The notes under the pieces were generated by a model. That model did no database searches and was not told where the DNA came from. It saw nothing but the letters and a program-made list of their open reading frames with translations. Of a DNA stretch of 64,000 nt, positions 1 through 12,290 are shown piece after piece. The translations under genes and the position numbers were made by a program. Location: assembly GCA_964463255.1 (NCBI GenBank), contig CAYXBC010000024.1, positions 5,587-69,586 on the forward strand, read 5' to 3'. Within the stretch, counting starts at the first letter, position 1. Each line of letters opens with the position of its first letter. The stretch is from an uncultured Candidatus Peribacteria bacterium. Lineage in GTDB: Bacteria; Patescibacteriota; Gracilibacteria; Absconditabacterales; Absconditicoccaceae.

Positions 1-569
1 ATATGTATCTTAGTAAGCACTTTCTCTATCTGTTCATGTAATTCTTCGATAGTACCATTATTGGTCAATCTATAGTCAGCGAGGGCAATGCAGGCACCTA
101 CATTCTGTTTGTTTGGGTCGGTATTGGTCATCTCCCTTTGTTCATTCATAATGAATTCCTGGTATCCGACGTGGTCAGTCTCGCTCCCTCTTTCCATTAT
201 CCTCTCATATCTTATCTTGGGATCTGCATCGATGGCTAGGAGGGTAAAATCACCATTCTCCTGAGCTGCTTTGGCTTTGAGTGCTTGCACTTCCCCGGGA
301 TTTCTTATGCTTTCTATGATTGCGTGTCTTCCACCTGATCTTGCTTGTTCGTAGAGTTGTTCAACGATATAGGAAGATCCATGCTCGGCACGTAGTTCGT
401 TGCCTACATGGACCATAGCATCTCTATTGATTGGCATCCCTTGCTTCTCTATCTCCTCAATCAGGAATGCCCTCACGGAATAATGAATGAATCCCTTGTG
501 CTGGACGAGATATTCGACGATAGTCCCTTTACCCGCACCGAGCGTTCACGTGATTCAGACAATAATCAT
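1..569 (-). CDS. P-loop nucleotide/nucleoside kinase-like protein (3' end runs off the window)
   Basis: ATG at 569-567. The N-terminus MIIVGITGTLGAGKGT is a Walker A loop only if the in-frame TGAs at 555-557 and 546-548 are read as Gly. The frame stays open to position 1. Confidence 0.8.
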
Positions 570-717
570 GCCACATACATTTTTACATGGTAAATGAGCG
601 TATCGTAGTAGGTATAGCGATTTAGGTCCTAGAGTAAACCATATTTTTGCGTTTGAAAAAGACTCTACAGTCAGTATATAGTATATATCTTATGCCTTTT
701 ATCTTTTCGTCTTATCT

Positions 718-1611
718 ATGCGAGCACAGCTCCAGAAATACTATACCGACAAATGATTTTTCCGAAGAAGTATCATTGCGATTGTTCTTGTTCTTATCAT
801 CATTTTCCTCATGAGTGGTTCACAATGAAGGGCAAATATCGCAACAAGCCAGGTACTCTCGTTTGCAGGTGAAACGATGCCCATAGGAGGGAGATATCAG
901 ATGAATATCGAAAGATTTGATAGGGAGGTTGCTTTGCTTGAAATCAACGCAGCCCAATTTATTATGATCTATAAAAGATGGAATCTGATTATCCCAATGA
1001 TAGAAAAACAATTGAAGAAGGCAGGTCTCCCTGATGACTTCAAATATATCCCGATCATTGAAAGTGCGCTGAGGGAGAATGTATCTAGTTCTGCCGGGGC
1101 TGCATGATTGTGGCAATTGATGCCAGCAACTGCCCAAAGATACGGAGTGATCGTTACTAGTGGGGTAGATGAGAGATACGATGTCGCTAAGTCTACGGCG
1201 GCGGCCATCGATCATCTCAAAGGGCTGAGTTCGATTTTCAAGCAACATACCCTTGTCGCCGCCGCCTACAACAGAGGCGCTGCAGGATTACAATCAGCTA
1301 TGAAGAGTCAATGAACCGATAATTTCTACGACCTGCGGATGAATAATGAGACCTCGAGATATATCTTCAGATTGCTTGCTATGAAATATGTATGGGAGCA
1401 TAAGAATGATTTCTTCGACCGCGATAGTCTTGGCGATATGTACCGTCCTTTCGTCACTAGAAATATCAGCGAAAAGAATATTCCTGATCTCGTGGCTCGG
1501 GCCACAGCCCATGATGCGAGCTATTATGAGGTAAAGAAACTAAACCCTCGGATTATGAGTAATTCCTTGCCTGAAGGAAAGTGGAATATCGAGCTGTTTG
1601 AAAAGAAATAA
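718..1611 (+). CDS. membrane-anchored lytic murein transglycosylase (SLT domain, MltD-like)
   Basis: ATG 718 follows an in-frame TAG at 679. N-terminal TM helix IIAIVLVLIIIFLM. SLT motif ES..SSAGAA-G-LWQLMPATAQRYG, where the G is TGA 1105-1107. In-frame TGAs at 754, 826, 1105 and 1312. TAA stop at 1609. Confidence 0.85.
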
Positions 1612-1793
1612 ATAACTTCATCATATGGAAAGGTGGAGAATGACTAATGACGAATCCCTGAGACTATTGTCATCCTGAATCCCGCCTTGTGGGACAAGTT
1701 CCATGAAAGATATACGTAATATTACTCTATCCTTCGACACTGCTCAGGATGACAGAGAGGAGAAATATAAAAATCAGGCAATTATTATATATT

Positions 1794-1827
1794 GTAAAAA
1801 AAGAGCTGATGATGGCTCTTTTTTTCT
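1794..1827. terminator. bidirectional rho-independent terminator between convergent genes
   Basis: An A-run, the stem AGAGC / GCTCT with an 8-nt loop, then a T-run. It lies between the transglycosylase stop (1611) and the efp stop (1845). Confidence 0.55.
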
Positions 1828-1844
1828 TTATATACATAGCGTGA

Positions 1845-2396
1845 TTAGTTGGTCTCTCCGGTAATGGTATTGAGTGTTACGGTATCGCCTTCGTTCTTAT
1901 GAAGCGGGATCATAATTTCCATGCCGGTTTCTATCGTCGCCGGTTTCTTGCCTGCTTGTGCCCTATCACCTTTCACTCCTGGAACGGTTGAAGCAATCTT
2001 GTAAGAAACGGTCGGAGGCAATATGACGCTTATCACATTCCCCTTGTAGACCATCACGAAACAGTCCATATTCTCTTTGAGATATCCTGTGATATCGTCG
2101 ACCATGGATTTGTTGAGATCATACATTTCCCCGGTATCGTTTTCCATAAAGGTATAAGTATCTCCTGCAGTATACAAGAAGACTGCATTTTTAGTAGTTA
2201 CATCTCCCTTTTCCAGAACGGTTCCTGATTTGTAGGTAAATGTCTGCACACCTCCGGTGATAAGATTTTTCATTTTATAACTATAGCTTCCTTGTCTTTG
2301 CTGCATCTGCATAAAAGAAAAATCCACTACTTTGAATAACTGACCATCGATTTCGAGGATAGTATTCTTCTTGATTTCTGATACATCTAACTTCAT
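1845..2396 (-). CDS. efp: elongation factor P
   Basis: Intact 183-aa ORF, MKLDVSEIKKNTILEIDGQLFKVVDF..., with typical EF-P length and N-terminal KOW-like sequence. No internal TGA. Confidence 0.95.
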   Translation of the reverse strand: MKLDVSEIKKNTILEIDGQLFKVVDFSFMQMQQRQGSYSYKMKNLITGGVQTFTYKSGTVLEKGDVTTKNAVFLYTAGDTYTFMENDTGEMYDLNKSMVDDITGYLKENMDCFVMVYKGNVISVILPPTVSYKIASTVPGVKGDRAQAGKKPATIETGMEIMIPLHKNEGDTVTLNTITGETN

Positions 2397-2460
2397 GATT
2401 CCACGATTAATCTATTAAAATATTTAGTCTGATATACTTTTTACGATTTTTCTCATCGTA

Positions 2461-5400
2461 TTAATTTAATTCAAATACGATAAGCTGACTTCCTCCTCCC
2501 AAACTTTGGCCCAGGATACTGTTGAGATATTCCTGATATTGTGCATTTCAGCTCGTAGCAAGATTCAAAAGTCCTACATACTGAAGCATAATCATGCGTT
2601 CATCATTTGTCAGTCCTTCAATCTCTTTCTTCAATGCTTCCGAAGGAGCTCATTGTTCTTGGATTAATTTTCTAGAAACACTGAGTGTCTTCGCCTCATC
2701 GATGGTCTTTCCCATGACGTCTGCGATATCTCCTACTGCTTTTCCGTTCTTGATTCTGCTATCGAAGGTCTCTCCTATATAATTCAACAGCGTCTGTGCG
2801 TCTGGAAAATATCTTGCGATGGAGAGCTTAGCTCTCAAGAATATTATATCATCTTCGGACATCGTTCAGAACTTTGTGATAAGATCTTGATCGGTCAGTT
2901 CGAATGCATATTTTGCACCAAGATTATTGGTAGAGAAGAGTTTGATATATCCTGCTTTCCGAAGTTTTACTAAAGAGCTAATTGCTCCGTCTTCTTGGAT
3001 CTTTCCGCTAACAGCATCTCTCTTTGCGAAGAATCTATTGAAGAGTGATTCGTTTCCTTCCCCCATCACGACGGTTCCGATATTTGGATCTATGACGAGA
3101 TATTTAAGATTACTCTCTTGAAGTCTCTGATACGATTTACATAGATTGCCGTCGCTCATCTCCTCTCGGAATCGGTTAAGCATGCCATCTCACTTGATAT
3201 TATACTGGTTGTCTAACCAGTACTGCATATAGGTTCCTGCGATTAATACCCCATCAGTATTTTTTCTGTTTTTGACATAGTCGATGAATTTATTGTAATG
3301 AGGGAACTGGAGATCAAATACATCTTTCTGACCATAACCAGCTTTTACGGTTTCCTGCTGCTGGAGTGTAGAACTTACCTCTGTCACTTTTCCATTATTC
3401 ATTCTGTATCGGAGGAATGGTCAGCCACCGCCTTGGGAGGATATCCTGACGAAATTAAGTACGAACTGAATGATACCTCGGACGACGAAGAGGAAGAGTA
3501 TGATATACATCATCGTTTTGTCCTGTTCCTGCTCGGAATGCTCGAACATATCCTTGATAATCATTGTCACTGATATTACAGTCCGGACAATGAGTCCCAT
3601 TCCGTACCAAACGATACCTCATCCTATGATTCGCCGTATTACTCGTCAGATAAGTGTCACCCCTGAGAGCACCGTAAGGTCAATATGTTCCTTGAAACGT
3701 TTCTGGTTGAAGAGTGTATATATAAAACCTAGGACTAAGAGCATCAATATCAGCAGCCAGACGAATCCGATATCAGTATAATAACTGCTAAGGTTCTGCA
3801 ATGATCGGTTGAAGACTACGTTGAACGGTACGAGATATCTATAGGGAATATATATCTTACCTGCTTCGGTCTTGATAGTATTGTTTTGATAATACTGCCT
3901 CAAGGTAACTATCTGATCTTTAAACTCAGCGGGATTAACGACCGTGCCACTTCCTTTGATAGCATATGCTGTGAGTGCTCCGCTTAGAAAATCATATGCC
4001 TGGGTCCCCTGCTTCATTTGTGCGAACAATGATTTGAGCGTCGGTACATTGAAGTTATCTATCGCCTGGGCGTTGTTGCAGAGCAGTTTTGCTGATCTTA
4101 CCCATCCGTAACAAACATTATTCTTTATAGTAAATCGTCTCAAAAAACCATAACCGAGATTGAGCCCTTTGCCTTGATCGAGCTCTTTCCATCCATATCC
4201 TACATATCTTCCTACATCTTCATTTCCTGCTACCGCTTTCTTGAGATTTGCATCGAGCTCTCCTTTGGTGAATGGTGTCTGTTTGCATTGCGCTAATGAA
4301 AGCGTACTCGTACTCAAGACTTGCGTATCTATAGCGTTTTGGAGTACCAAGCCTGTGGCATCATTTGCTGCTAAGAAAATTTTCTGCTTGGTATCGTTAC
4401 GCACTAATAATACGCTCTTGATAAATGTCCCTGGAGCAAAGGTGCCTGCATTAATCTGATTAATCAAAACATTCGGTCCTTTGAAGACTAGTACGGTTGC
4501 CACCAACGCAGCTCCCCATATAAGGATATAGGTGAACAATCTTTTTTTATCTACCAATTTCCCTTGTGATTTATTCTTGTTTATGATCATCTTTATGAGA
4601 CCAAGAACAGCTACTAGCAATCCGATGATCATTATATATTTTCCGGCTGCCGGTGTCATCATATCCGGTGCGTTGGCAATCTGGAGGACACCCATCATTC
4701 CTACCGTCATAATACCGAGTCCGATAGCTATGATACTATCTATCCACAGTCCGATGAGTAATAATCCGAATAATGCGATATCGATGAAGGCGGTCGGTTT
4801 AGCCATAAGCGCCCATGCGAACATCACTCACGAGATAATGATATATTTCAATGAATCCCGATGGAGTCTGAGTCCGTGTTCACGGGTATCCAGGATATGT
4901 TTGAGAAATATGAATCCAGAAAGTACGGCGAGAATCGTCAATGACATTACCCCGAGATCCGTCTTATTATCTACAAATACTAAGAATGCACCCATTCAGC
5001 TCGTAAGCCGGAAGAGCAGCATGGTCCATCCTATATAGACACCGAAGCTCTCCATAACACCCTCTTCATCTTTTTTTGGAGAGAAATATTCTATCGCTTC
5101 TTTAATAAGTCCTATTCAGAAAATAAGCACGAATACTCCGCTCAAGAAATTCATCGCTACGGCTACCGTGTCCGGTCCTATCCGGAACCAGCTCTTGATA
5201 GGCTGGATAAGTGCAAAGAAGAAGGTAATGAACATATGTCGGAGTCCTGGTACCATTTGTGCTGGTCATCAGACATCACTCCACATCACACCATGATTCT
5301 CTGCAAGTACCTTAGGGATATACATATATGCATGATTTGCATCCCGAGCTGTCGAATATGGGATATACGATAATTGGAATCCATAGAAATAATAGATGAG

Positions 5401-6075
5401 CGAAATCGCCAACAAGACGATACCTATCCATTTCCACCGATTTACTCTGAGTTTATCACTTCTGAACTCATGTGTTATCTCACTGATAATCTCTTTGTAA
5501 GGAAGCATATCTGACTTCATATATCGGACCATATATCCTAGACCTAGGAACAATATCCAGATAACTATACCCCGGATCAAATGAACCATAGCGAAGAGAT
5601 AGATGATGAGCAAAAAGATACCGAGTCCGAGTCCAAAATTTATCAGCATTTCCTGCCATCTTGTCTCCTTGAATTTTATAATTTTCTTGGATATCCGTGT
5701 CCCGAAAGCTGCCAATCCCACAATCATATACATACCTAGGAAATAGATAATCAAGGTATTGAGTATCAGGATAAGCAATCCTGCGGATCCTCCTATGATA
5801 CTATCTTTGACGAGAATCATAGCTATCGAATCCACTACCAATGCGAGAGGGATGATATATACAAAGAATTTCTTCACATCGAAAGATTTCGCTTTGATAA
5901 TATAGACGATAGGGATAAGCACGGAAACAATAGTCCGGAGTATTAATTTCCGGTTTGCCCGGCTTGCAAGCATTGTCTGATAATACGTGTGGTTCGCCAT
6001 AAATTCATTGAATATCGACACTCAAAGGAAACTGAGCATGAAGATACCGATGATCAAGAAGATCTTTTGTTTCAT
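2461..6075 (-). CDS. large polytopic membrane protein (1204 aa) with a C-terminal soluble domain; possible GT-C-like glycosyltransferase
   Basis: ORF-track pieces 5269..6021, 3646..4827, 3190..3402, 2866..3183 and 2650..2862 are all in one frame, separated only by TGA. I traced the gaps and found no TAA/TAG. ATG at 6075, TAA at 2461-2463. Many TM helices in the N-terminal two thirds. The function is a guess. Confidence 0.75.
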
Positions 6076-6117
6076 TGACCGCTAGAGTAAAAGAGTAAAA
6101 GGTTGGATGTCTGAAAT

Positions 6118-6150
6118 CAGGAACCAGGAAATGGGGACCAGGGACCTTGG
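6118..6150. repeat. GGWWCC-type short repeat (caggaaccaggaaatggggaccagggacc)
   Basis: Same motif family as 20811-20937 and the in-frame copy at 26739-26757. Confidence 0.5.
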
Positions 6151-6159
6151 GCTTGTGAT

Positions 6160-7860
6160 TTATACTGATTTTTTACTATAGAATTCATGGAGTAATAATT
6201 TGGTCAATGGTACATTGAATAACAAGGTAAGTAACACCGTGACGATCATCATGGATCCGAATCCTTTGAATACATTGGTTCCCATGGAGAAAAGTACAAA
6301 TGCAATCAACCCTGCGCTTATCTGACCATCTCTGATTGCCGTTCGGCTTCTGTCTTTCGCATGATCAATTGCTCATGCCATGCTCTTACCATCCTTGAGT
6401 TCTTCGCGAAGCCTCTCATAAATCAAGATATTTGCATCTACTCCCATACCTATAGAGAGGATAATAACAGCTATTCCACTGAGTGAAAGTGCATAATCCA
6501 CAATTTTCATAAATGCCGCGAGCACCATCAGGAAGGATAATAGTACTATAGCTGTGAGGAGCATCTTCTTATATCCATACATTCCACACAACAATACCAT
6601 GATAGCTATCAATCCTGCTAATCATGCGAACAAAGCGCCGGTCAATGCATTGTCTCCCAGCGTAGGACTTATCTTTTCTTCCTGCATAAGAATCAACGGT
6701 GCAGGCAAGGTACCTTCATTTAAAGCATCTGAAAGTTGTTTAGCTGACTCTGTCGTAAATGATCCATTGATCTCTGCAGTTCCTCAGCAGATCTTGCTCT
6801 GAATATTTGGAGCAGTGAGGAGATTCCCTCCTACGAAAATTGCCATTGGCTTTCCTATGTTCTGTTCGGTGATCTTACAAAAAACATCTTTTCCTTGATC
6901 ATCTAAATTAATAGCAACGACCGGCTCTCCCATTTGAGAAGCACTCGCATTAGCGAACTTGAAATATGCGCCGTTGAGGATATTCTTCCCATCCGTAGCT
7001 GCTATCCATGTCTCCCTATCTTGCACGAAGACATCTTCTATGATGTAGACGGAAACCATATTTCCTGATTGGTCTTTTGCTTGTTTTCTATCGAGCACAC
7101 GATACATCGTATATCCATCCAATGCTGTCCCGGTACCTTTAAACATCGTATTTGCTCCTTGAGAATAGACGGTAGTATAGTTTCCTTCTATCAATCCATA
7201 AAATTTCCCCGTCTGTGCTTCAGCGAGTAATTTCGGATCTTTCTTGTACATATCTGGCAACTGGTCAGCTGTCGCTCCTGAATACATACTATGATAGATA
7301 TTCTCGGACATCCTTCCTTCAAATGATTTAGTTATATTTTCTGGATCTTTGATGACCTCAGCGAACACTTTATTCGCTAACTCTTTTCTCGCTGCGATAG
7401 TCGTTTTTGTAGGAGCTTCCGGATTCTGAAGTTTGAATTCAAGTTCAAGCGTCTTTCCAATCAATCCTTTCGCTTGATCCAAATCTGCTATACCTCCGAT
7501 TTCCACGACGATATAATTTTGGTTATCAAGCGTCTGGACGTAAGCTTTGTAATCACTCACACCGAGTTTTGAAATTCTGTTATCGATATTTTTCATGATG
7601 ATGGTCTCTATCGTCTTCTTGACGGCAGCCAACTCTGTAGCATTGGTATACACTTTCTCATATTTATCATAAGAGATCTTGTAGACGAGCTTGGTACCTC
7701 CTGAGACATCGAGTCCCTTCCTGAAATGAGATAATCCATTTGCTGTGAATATGAAACTTCTCGTTCATGTCTGCGGGTCGAAATTTCTTCCCACAAAGAA
7801 TACGAATATCGCCGATACGATGACCAATACCGTGAAAATCGTTTTTTTACTAATTTTCAT
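6160..7860 (-). CDS. secD: protein translocase subunit SecD
   Basis: Pieces 6784..7653 and 6373..6612 plus flanks are in one frame across TGA. It has an N-terminal TM, a large periplasmic domain and C-terminal TMs with [20 protein letters not shown] 7860, TAA 6160-6162. Confidence 0.85.
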
Positions 7861-8058
7861 CTGTAACCATAAAGATAAATAAAATTTCCAGAATAACAAA
7901 AAATATTTTGACGCTTTTTTCTATCTTTTTGGGGAGCTAATGCAAGATGAAAAGAAATCACCATCAGGGGTATACAACGTGGTCGAGACCTAAGCAAAGA
8001 GGAAAAAAAAGCCAGATTCAATATATTTGTCCCTGTGTATGCTCCCTCTACTTATGGC

Positions 8059-8715
8059 TTATCTGAGGGTATATAAGATGGAAAAGAAATGCGCAGTGCT
8101 TCCTGCCAAAACAAAGAGATGCCGTATTCCATGGCTGAACCTCATTAAGCGCCGATTATAAAATATCGTGCCTATCGAATACAAAACTCCTCATACCAGC
8201 AACAAAATAAAACTTATAGACGGCATATTCTTGATCATCGGGACGATAGCGATTATAAACATCCACCCCATCATGAGATATACGATGAGCATCGATTGGA
8301 CAAAACGCATAGGCGCGATGGAACGTATGACAACGCCTATGATTGCCAATAATCGAATGATACCAAAAAGTACCCATCATAATCATCACTTCACGACCGT
8401 CAAAAGATATGGTGTATAGGTACCGGCGATAAGTAGGAAAATCACCGAATGGTCGAATCTGATGAAAACATTTTTCCATCTCTGGGAAACGCTTCCGTGA
8501 TATAATGCTGAGGACAGATACATCAGAATTAGTGTGCTGCCGAAAATAGAGAAACTGACTACATGCCAAGCATTCCCTTTGGTAACAGCATGTACTATCA
8601 ATACTACAAGCGCGACTATACTCAACATGACGCCAACCCCGTGCGTTATACTATTGAAGAGTTCTTCTCTGGATGACAGATTTCTCTGTTTACCCCCCTG
8701 TCTCACCCTGTCCAT
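8059..8715 (-). CDS. hemolysin III / PAQR family channel protein
   Basis: Motifs LSSALYHG, FIRFDHSVIFLLIAGTYTP. It continues through TGA TGA TTA TGA TGG (8388-8374) as GGLGW. 218 aa. TAA at 8059-8061. Confidence 0.85.
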
Positions 8716-8761
8716 ATGGAGGTTATATAGATAAATTGATGAATATCTAATTATCGCATAT

Positions 8762-10015
8762 TTATGCGGTTTTTACTACCTTAAATACCTTCTTTCCTTT
8801 CCTGAGCAAGAGCATACCGCTTATAAAATCCTCTTTCTTGATGCTATGTTGGGGATCCTCGACTTTGGCTTCATTGATGAAAAGCGATCAGGATTGGATC
8901 ATTTTCTTGGCATCACCATTAGAACTTGTCAATCATGCAAGCGTAAAGATATCGAGTGCTTTGGCTTCCTTGTCGTTCATCTCGATAAAACCGGTCTCTG
9001 CAGCCAATGCATCACGATCTTCCTTAGTAAATCCTTTGATGGTCTCCATAATATTGTCTCCTCCAAAGAGGATGCTTGAAATCTTCTGTGCTTCAATTAC
9101 TGCATCTTTTCCGAATACTACTTCCACTATCCGACTCGCGAGTTCTTTCTGTCCGTATCTTATTTCTGGCTTCTCCATATGTTTTTTAACTATCGCACCT
9201 ATCTCTTCCAAGGACTTGAGTGAAAATACTTTCAACAATTTTTCAATCAGAAAATCCTCTGAATTCATAAAAAACTGATAAACGAAATACGGACTATTCT
9301 TCTTCCTATCTACCCGGACTGCATTGCCGGCTGATTTCCCATATTTTGCTCCGCTAGCATCAGTTATGATAGGTATCGTCATACAAAATGATTCTTTATC
9401 CAACTTTTTTCTAATTAATTCCATGCCCGTAGTCACATTCCCCCATTGATCTGAACCTCCCAGCTGCATTTTGACCCCATGCTTGTCAAATAAGGTTAGA
9501 AAATCAAATCCTTGGATTAGCATATAACTAAATTCTGCATAGGTAATAGATTTATCTGGATCCTCAATTCTTTTCTTCACAGATTCCTTATTGATCATCA
9601 CATTCACGGTCATGTATTTCCCCACTTCACGGAGGAAACTTAGATAGTCCATGCCCTTGAAAAAGTCCAAATTATCCACCATTTCATAATCAAATTGTAT
9701 ATCATAATTCTTTTTGATATTTTCCAAAAAAATCTTGAGCTGATCGTAAATACATTGTTCGTTGTGTCTGAGTTTCTCTTCCGTCAAAAAATTCCTTTCG
9801 TCACTTCTGCCGCTAGGATCTCCTATCATACCTGTCGCTCCTCCCACGAGGAAATAACATTTGTTGCCGTATTTCATCAAATGAATAGCTGCCATCACGG
9901 CAAACATATTTCCTATCTGCAAAGAATCAGCTGAAGGATCGAATCCTATATAGAATTTCTGTCCTCATTTCGTATACAGATCAAAAAGTTTTTCATCTGA
10001 AAATTGGTAGATCAA
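8762..10015 (-). CDS. tyrS: tyrosyl-tRNA synthetase with C-terminal S4 domain
   Basis: FYIGFDPSADSLQIGN and the KYGKS (KMSKS-like) motif. The S4-like tail NGDAKKMIQS-G-SLFINEAKV follows TGA 8933. TAA at 8762. The 5' end is drawn at TTG 10015 because the upstream in-frame ATG 10048 is followed by TAA 10033-10031 (see findings). Confidence 0.85.
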
Positions 10016-10090
10016 TCCGCGCTGTTCTCGTTATTCACGAAGGCTCATTGTATTGGGTTTTATAGAGTAAAAGAATATATCAATTTTTAA

Positions 10091-10285
10091 TTTCCCCTCC
10101 TTCGAGGACAGGTAATTTCTAACCTTGCCTGCGGCAGGCAGGTTTCTAATGTAGGACTTTGTATTATTACTAACTATAGTAATTTACCATAGTCCATAAT
10201 TAGACAATACATTCATCCATCATCCATCATCCATCATCCAAAATCAATTAAGGTCCATCATCCAAAATCAATTATAGTCTAAAAT
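10091..10285. repeat. composite intergenic repeat element, copy A
   Basis: Shares the modules ccctccttcgaggacaggtaattt, ccttgcctgcggcaggcaggtttctaatgtagga and (catc)n-caaaat(c/t)aattaaggtccatcatccaaaat with copies at 18761, 20716 and 24066. Confidence 0.7.
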
Positions 10286-10393
10286 ATCAACCTTATAACA
10301 AATAGGGTGCCAAAGGCAACAAAAAAATTATTCCTTGCTATTCCTCTACAAATCACTAGATTTTTCTACCCAAACAAAAATAATTATTTTTTT

Positions 10394-10732
10394 ATGACAC
10401 AACACACAGCAACAAAAACTCACGAGACCGTGAGATCCCTCTTCGCTTTCGAAGAGCACTGGTTGGCATATCCAAAATATGCTGGCTTCAGACCGTCTTT
10501 TTCTGGCATGAATTGGCAATCCGTCAAAGACCATTTTCATAGAAGCTACTCGTATGATACTCCGCTCTCCATGATGGTCAGCAACAATAAGGAAATCATA
10601 TCGGTCACGGTCTATGGATTCAAAATCTTGGCTGAACCGCTTGCACTCAATTACGGACCAAATCCATTCCCCCGGAAAGCAGTCCTATGTCGGCGCATAG
10701 CTACCCAAGAACGTATAGTTATCTATTTCTGA
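10394..10732 (+). CDS. hypothetical protein (112 aa)
   Basis: ATG 10394 lies inside ORF 10307..10732. No internal TGA and no recognisable motif. Confidence 0.5.
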   Translation: MTQHTATKTHETVRSLFAFEEHWLAYPKYAGFRPSFSGMNWQSVKDHFHRSYSYDTPLSMMVSNNKEIISVTVYGFKILAEPLALNYGPNPFPRKAVLCRRIATQERIVIYF

Positions 10733-11877
10733 TCTCTATATACTTCACCCACCTTCGCTGTATTAGCGGAGGTTTTTTTTTCGCTGGATTTCTCAACATA
10801 CTTCTTCTGCCAATCCTGAAGTGCCTGTTTGGTCTCTTCATTCCAGACTCCTTCCATCGTCCCATCTTCCCTGGTAGAGTGTGGTAAGACATATCCGTCT
10901 GCTTTGAGCCTTATCTGCAGCGACCTTATCGTATTTTTCTTGGGAGCGAACATCATCTTATCATCTTTGGAGATTTTCCTCATCTGATCAATCAAAGACT
11001 TGATCTCCTCAGATCCGATATAACCATCGATATAAGACTGCAGTACCGGTTCCACATTCTGATGTGTATCAAATTCAAAATGCTCTGGATTCTTGTATCC
11101 ATTGTCTTGTCATTTCTCACTCACGAAGGGGTTCTTGATTCGATTCTTTATGAACGCTAATAATTCTGATCCTTCCTGAGCATTTCTATATCCATGGGCT
11201 TCCTCAGCAGTATAACTACTTCCACGTATCTTATTTATCAACGGAAAAAACATCGACCTTTTTTTGGAATCCTCTTTTCGTCTCTCGATATATGAAGTAT
11301 CAGTCCTTATCTCCTGGAGTTTCTTGGCTTTACGTGCTATCTTTTCTATCGGCGTCAAATTATTCTCTTCAGCCTCTTTTTCCGAATATGCTACTGCGAT
11401 AGCGATGGGAGATGCCAATACCGGAAGATAACTTGGGTTGCCAGCCAAGGTATTCACTTCTATGAGCCTATCCAATTTCTCCTTATCGATCTTTCGTCCA
11501 TACTCAGCCTCATCCTTGATTTTTCCTTTGGTATAATCGGACACCGGAAGATTCAACAGACTGTCCGTATTTCCATATATCGAGAGCTGTTGCATTTGTG
11601 ATGCGGTATTTTTTGTCGAATATCTCTCATTCTTTCGCATAAACTCCTTATTGAAATTTTTTCTCGCTTCCTTGTATGCTGCTGCGAAACCGCTTTTATC
11701 GGTATAATCCGGCACTCACCGATTTTTGGGATTTATCATGCTGATAATCTTGTCTACGACTGGTCACAGCTTGGACTGAGCGGATTTTTCATCGATACGG
11801 GAAAGTGATTCATGGTCTGACGACATGCTTTTGGGTTGTTCACTGCGGTCGGTTTTTTCTATTCCCATCGCTGTCAT
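10723..11877 (-). CDS. hypothetical protein with C-terminal peptidoglycan-binding-like domain
   Basis: Pieces 11110..11715 and 10723..11055 plus a 54-codon 5' extension are in one frame across TGA. The C-terminus LQIRLKADGYVLP..DG..G.WNEETKQALQDWQKKY resembles PG_binding_1. The ATG overlaps the upstream stop as TAATG. Confidence 0.7.
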
Positions 11878-12218
11878 TAGTCAGATAAAATATTTTCGAT
11901 ATCTTCGAGTTCCTTTTTAGTATCTTTCCTGTCTTCCTGCTCCCTCTGTTTGACGATATCCTGCATCTTTCTTATCGTCTCTCCATCCTTCGTCTTCCGG
12001 AGTTCCTGGATCCCTTGGACTGCATCATAGATATCATCGAGTTCATCATCATCGAGTTCATGATTGACTAGTAGATCGTAGGTCTTCGTATAGATAGGAA
12101 ATCTCTTGTTGATTGTCGAAAAAAGTTCACGCAGGTACGCTTGTTTCTCTTTGTGAGTCATAATCTTAAATACTTGGCTGCTCATGCGTACATAACCTAT
12201 AAAATCAACACCTCTCAT
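11877..12218 (-). CDS. hypothetical acidic protein
   Basis: 113-aa ORF. TAA 11877-11879 overlaps the downstream start. The true start may be an internal Met. Confidence 0.55.
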   Translation of the reverse strand: MRGVDFIGYVRMSSQVFKIMTHKEKQAYLRELFSTINKRFPIYTKTYDLLVNHELDDDELDDIYDAVQGIQELRKTKDGETIRKMQDIVKQREQEDRKDTKKELEDIENILSD

Positions 12219-12231
12219 TATATTTGGAATA

Positions 12232-12275
12232 CAAAAAAATGCAAATCCAGAACATATGTATACTGAATTTGCATT
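12232..12275 (-). terminator. rho-independent terminator after the S8 protease gene
   Basis: The minus strand reads AATGCAAAT, a loop, ATTTGCAT, then T7, immediately 3' of the stop at 12291. Confidence 0.6.
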
Positions 12276-12290
12276 CCCATCACTATTTTT

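Noticed and set aside
10201-10285. Possible CRISPR array suggested by the catccatcatcc / aattaaggtcc repeats (also at 18871-18960 and 24230-24277).
   Set aside because: The repeat units are 3 to 12 bp, contiguous and have no unique spacers. No cas genes are present. They are microsatellite-like modules of the intergenic repeat family.
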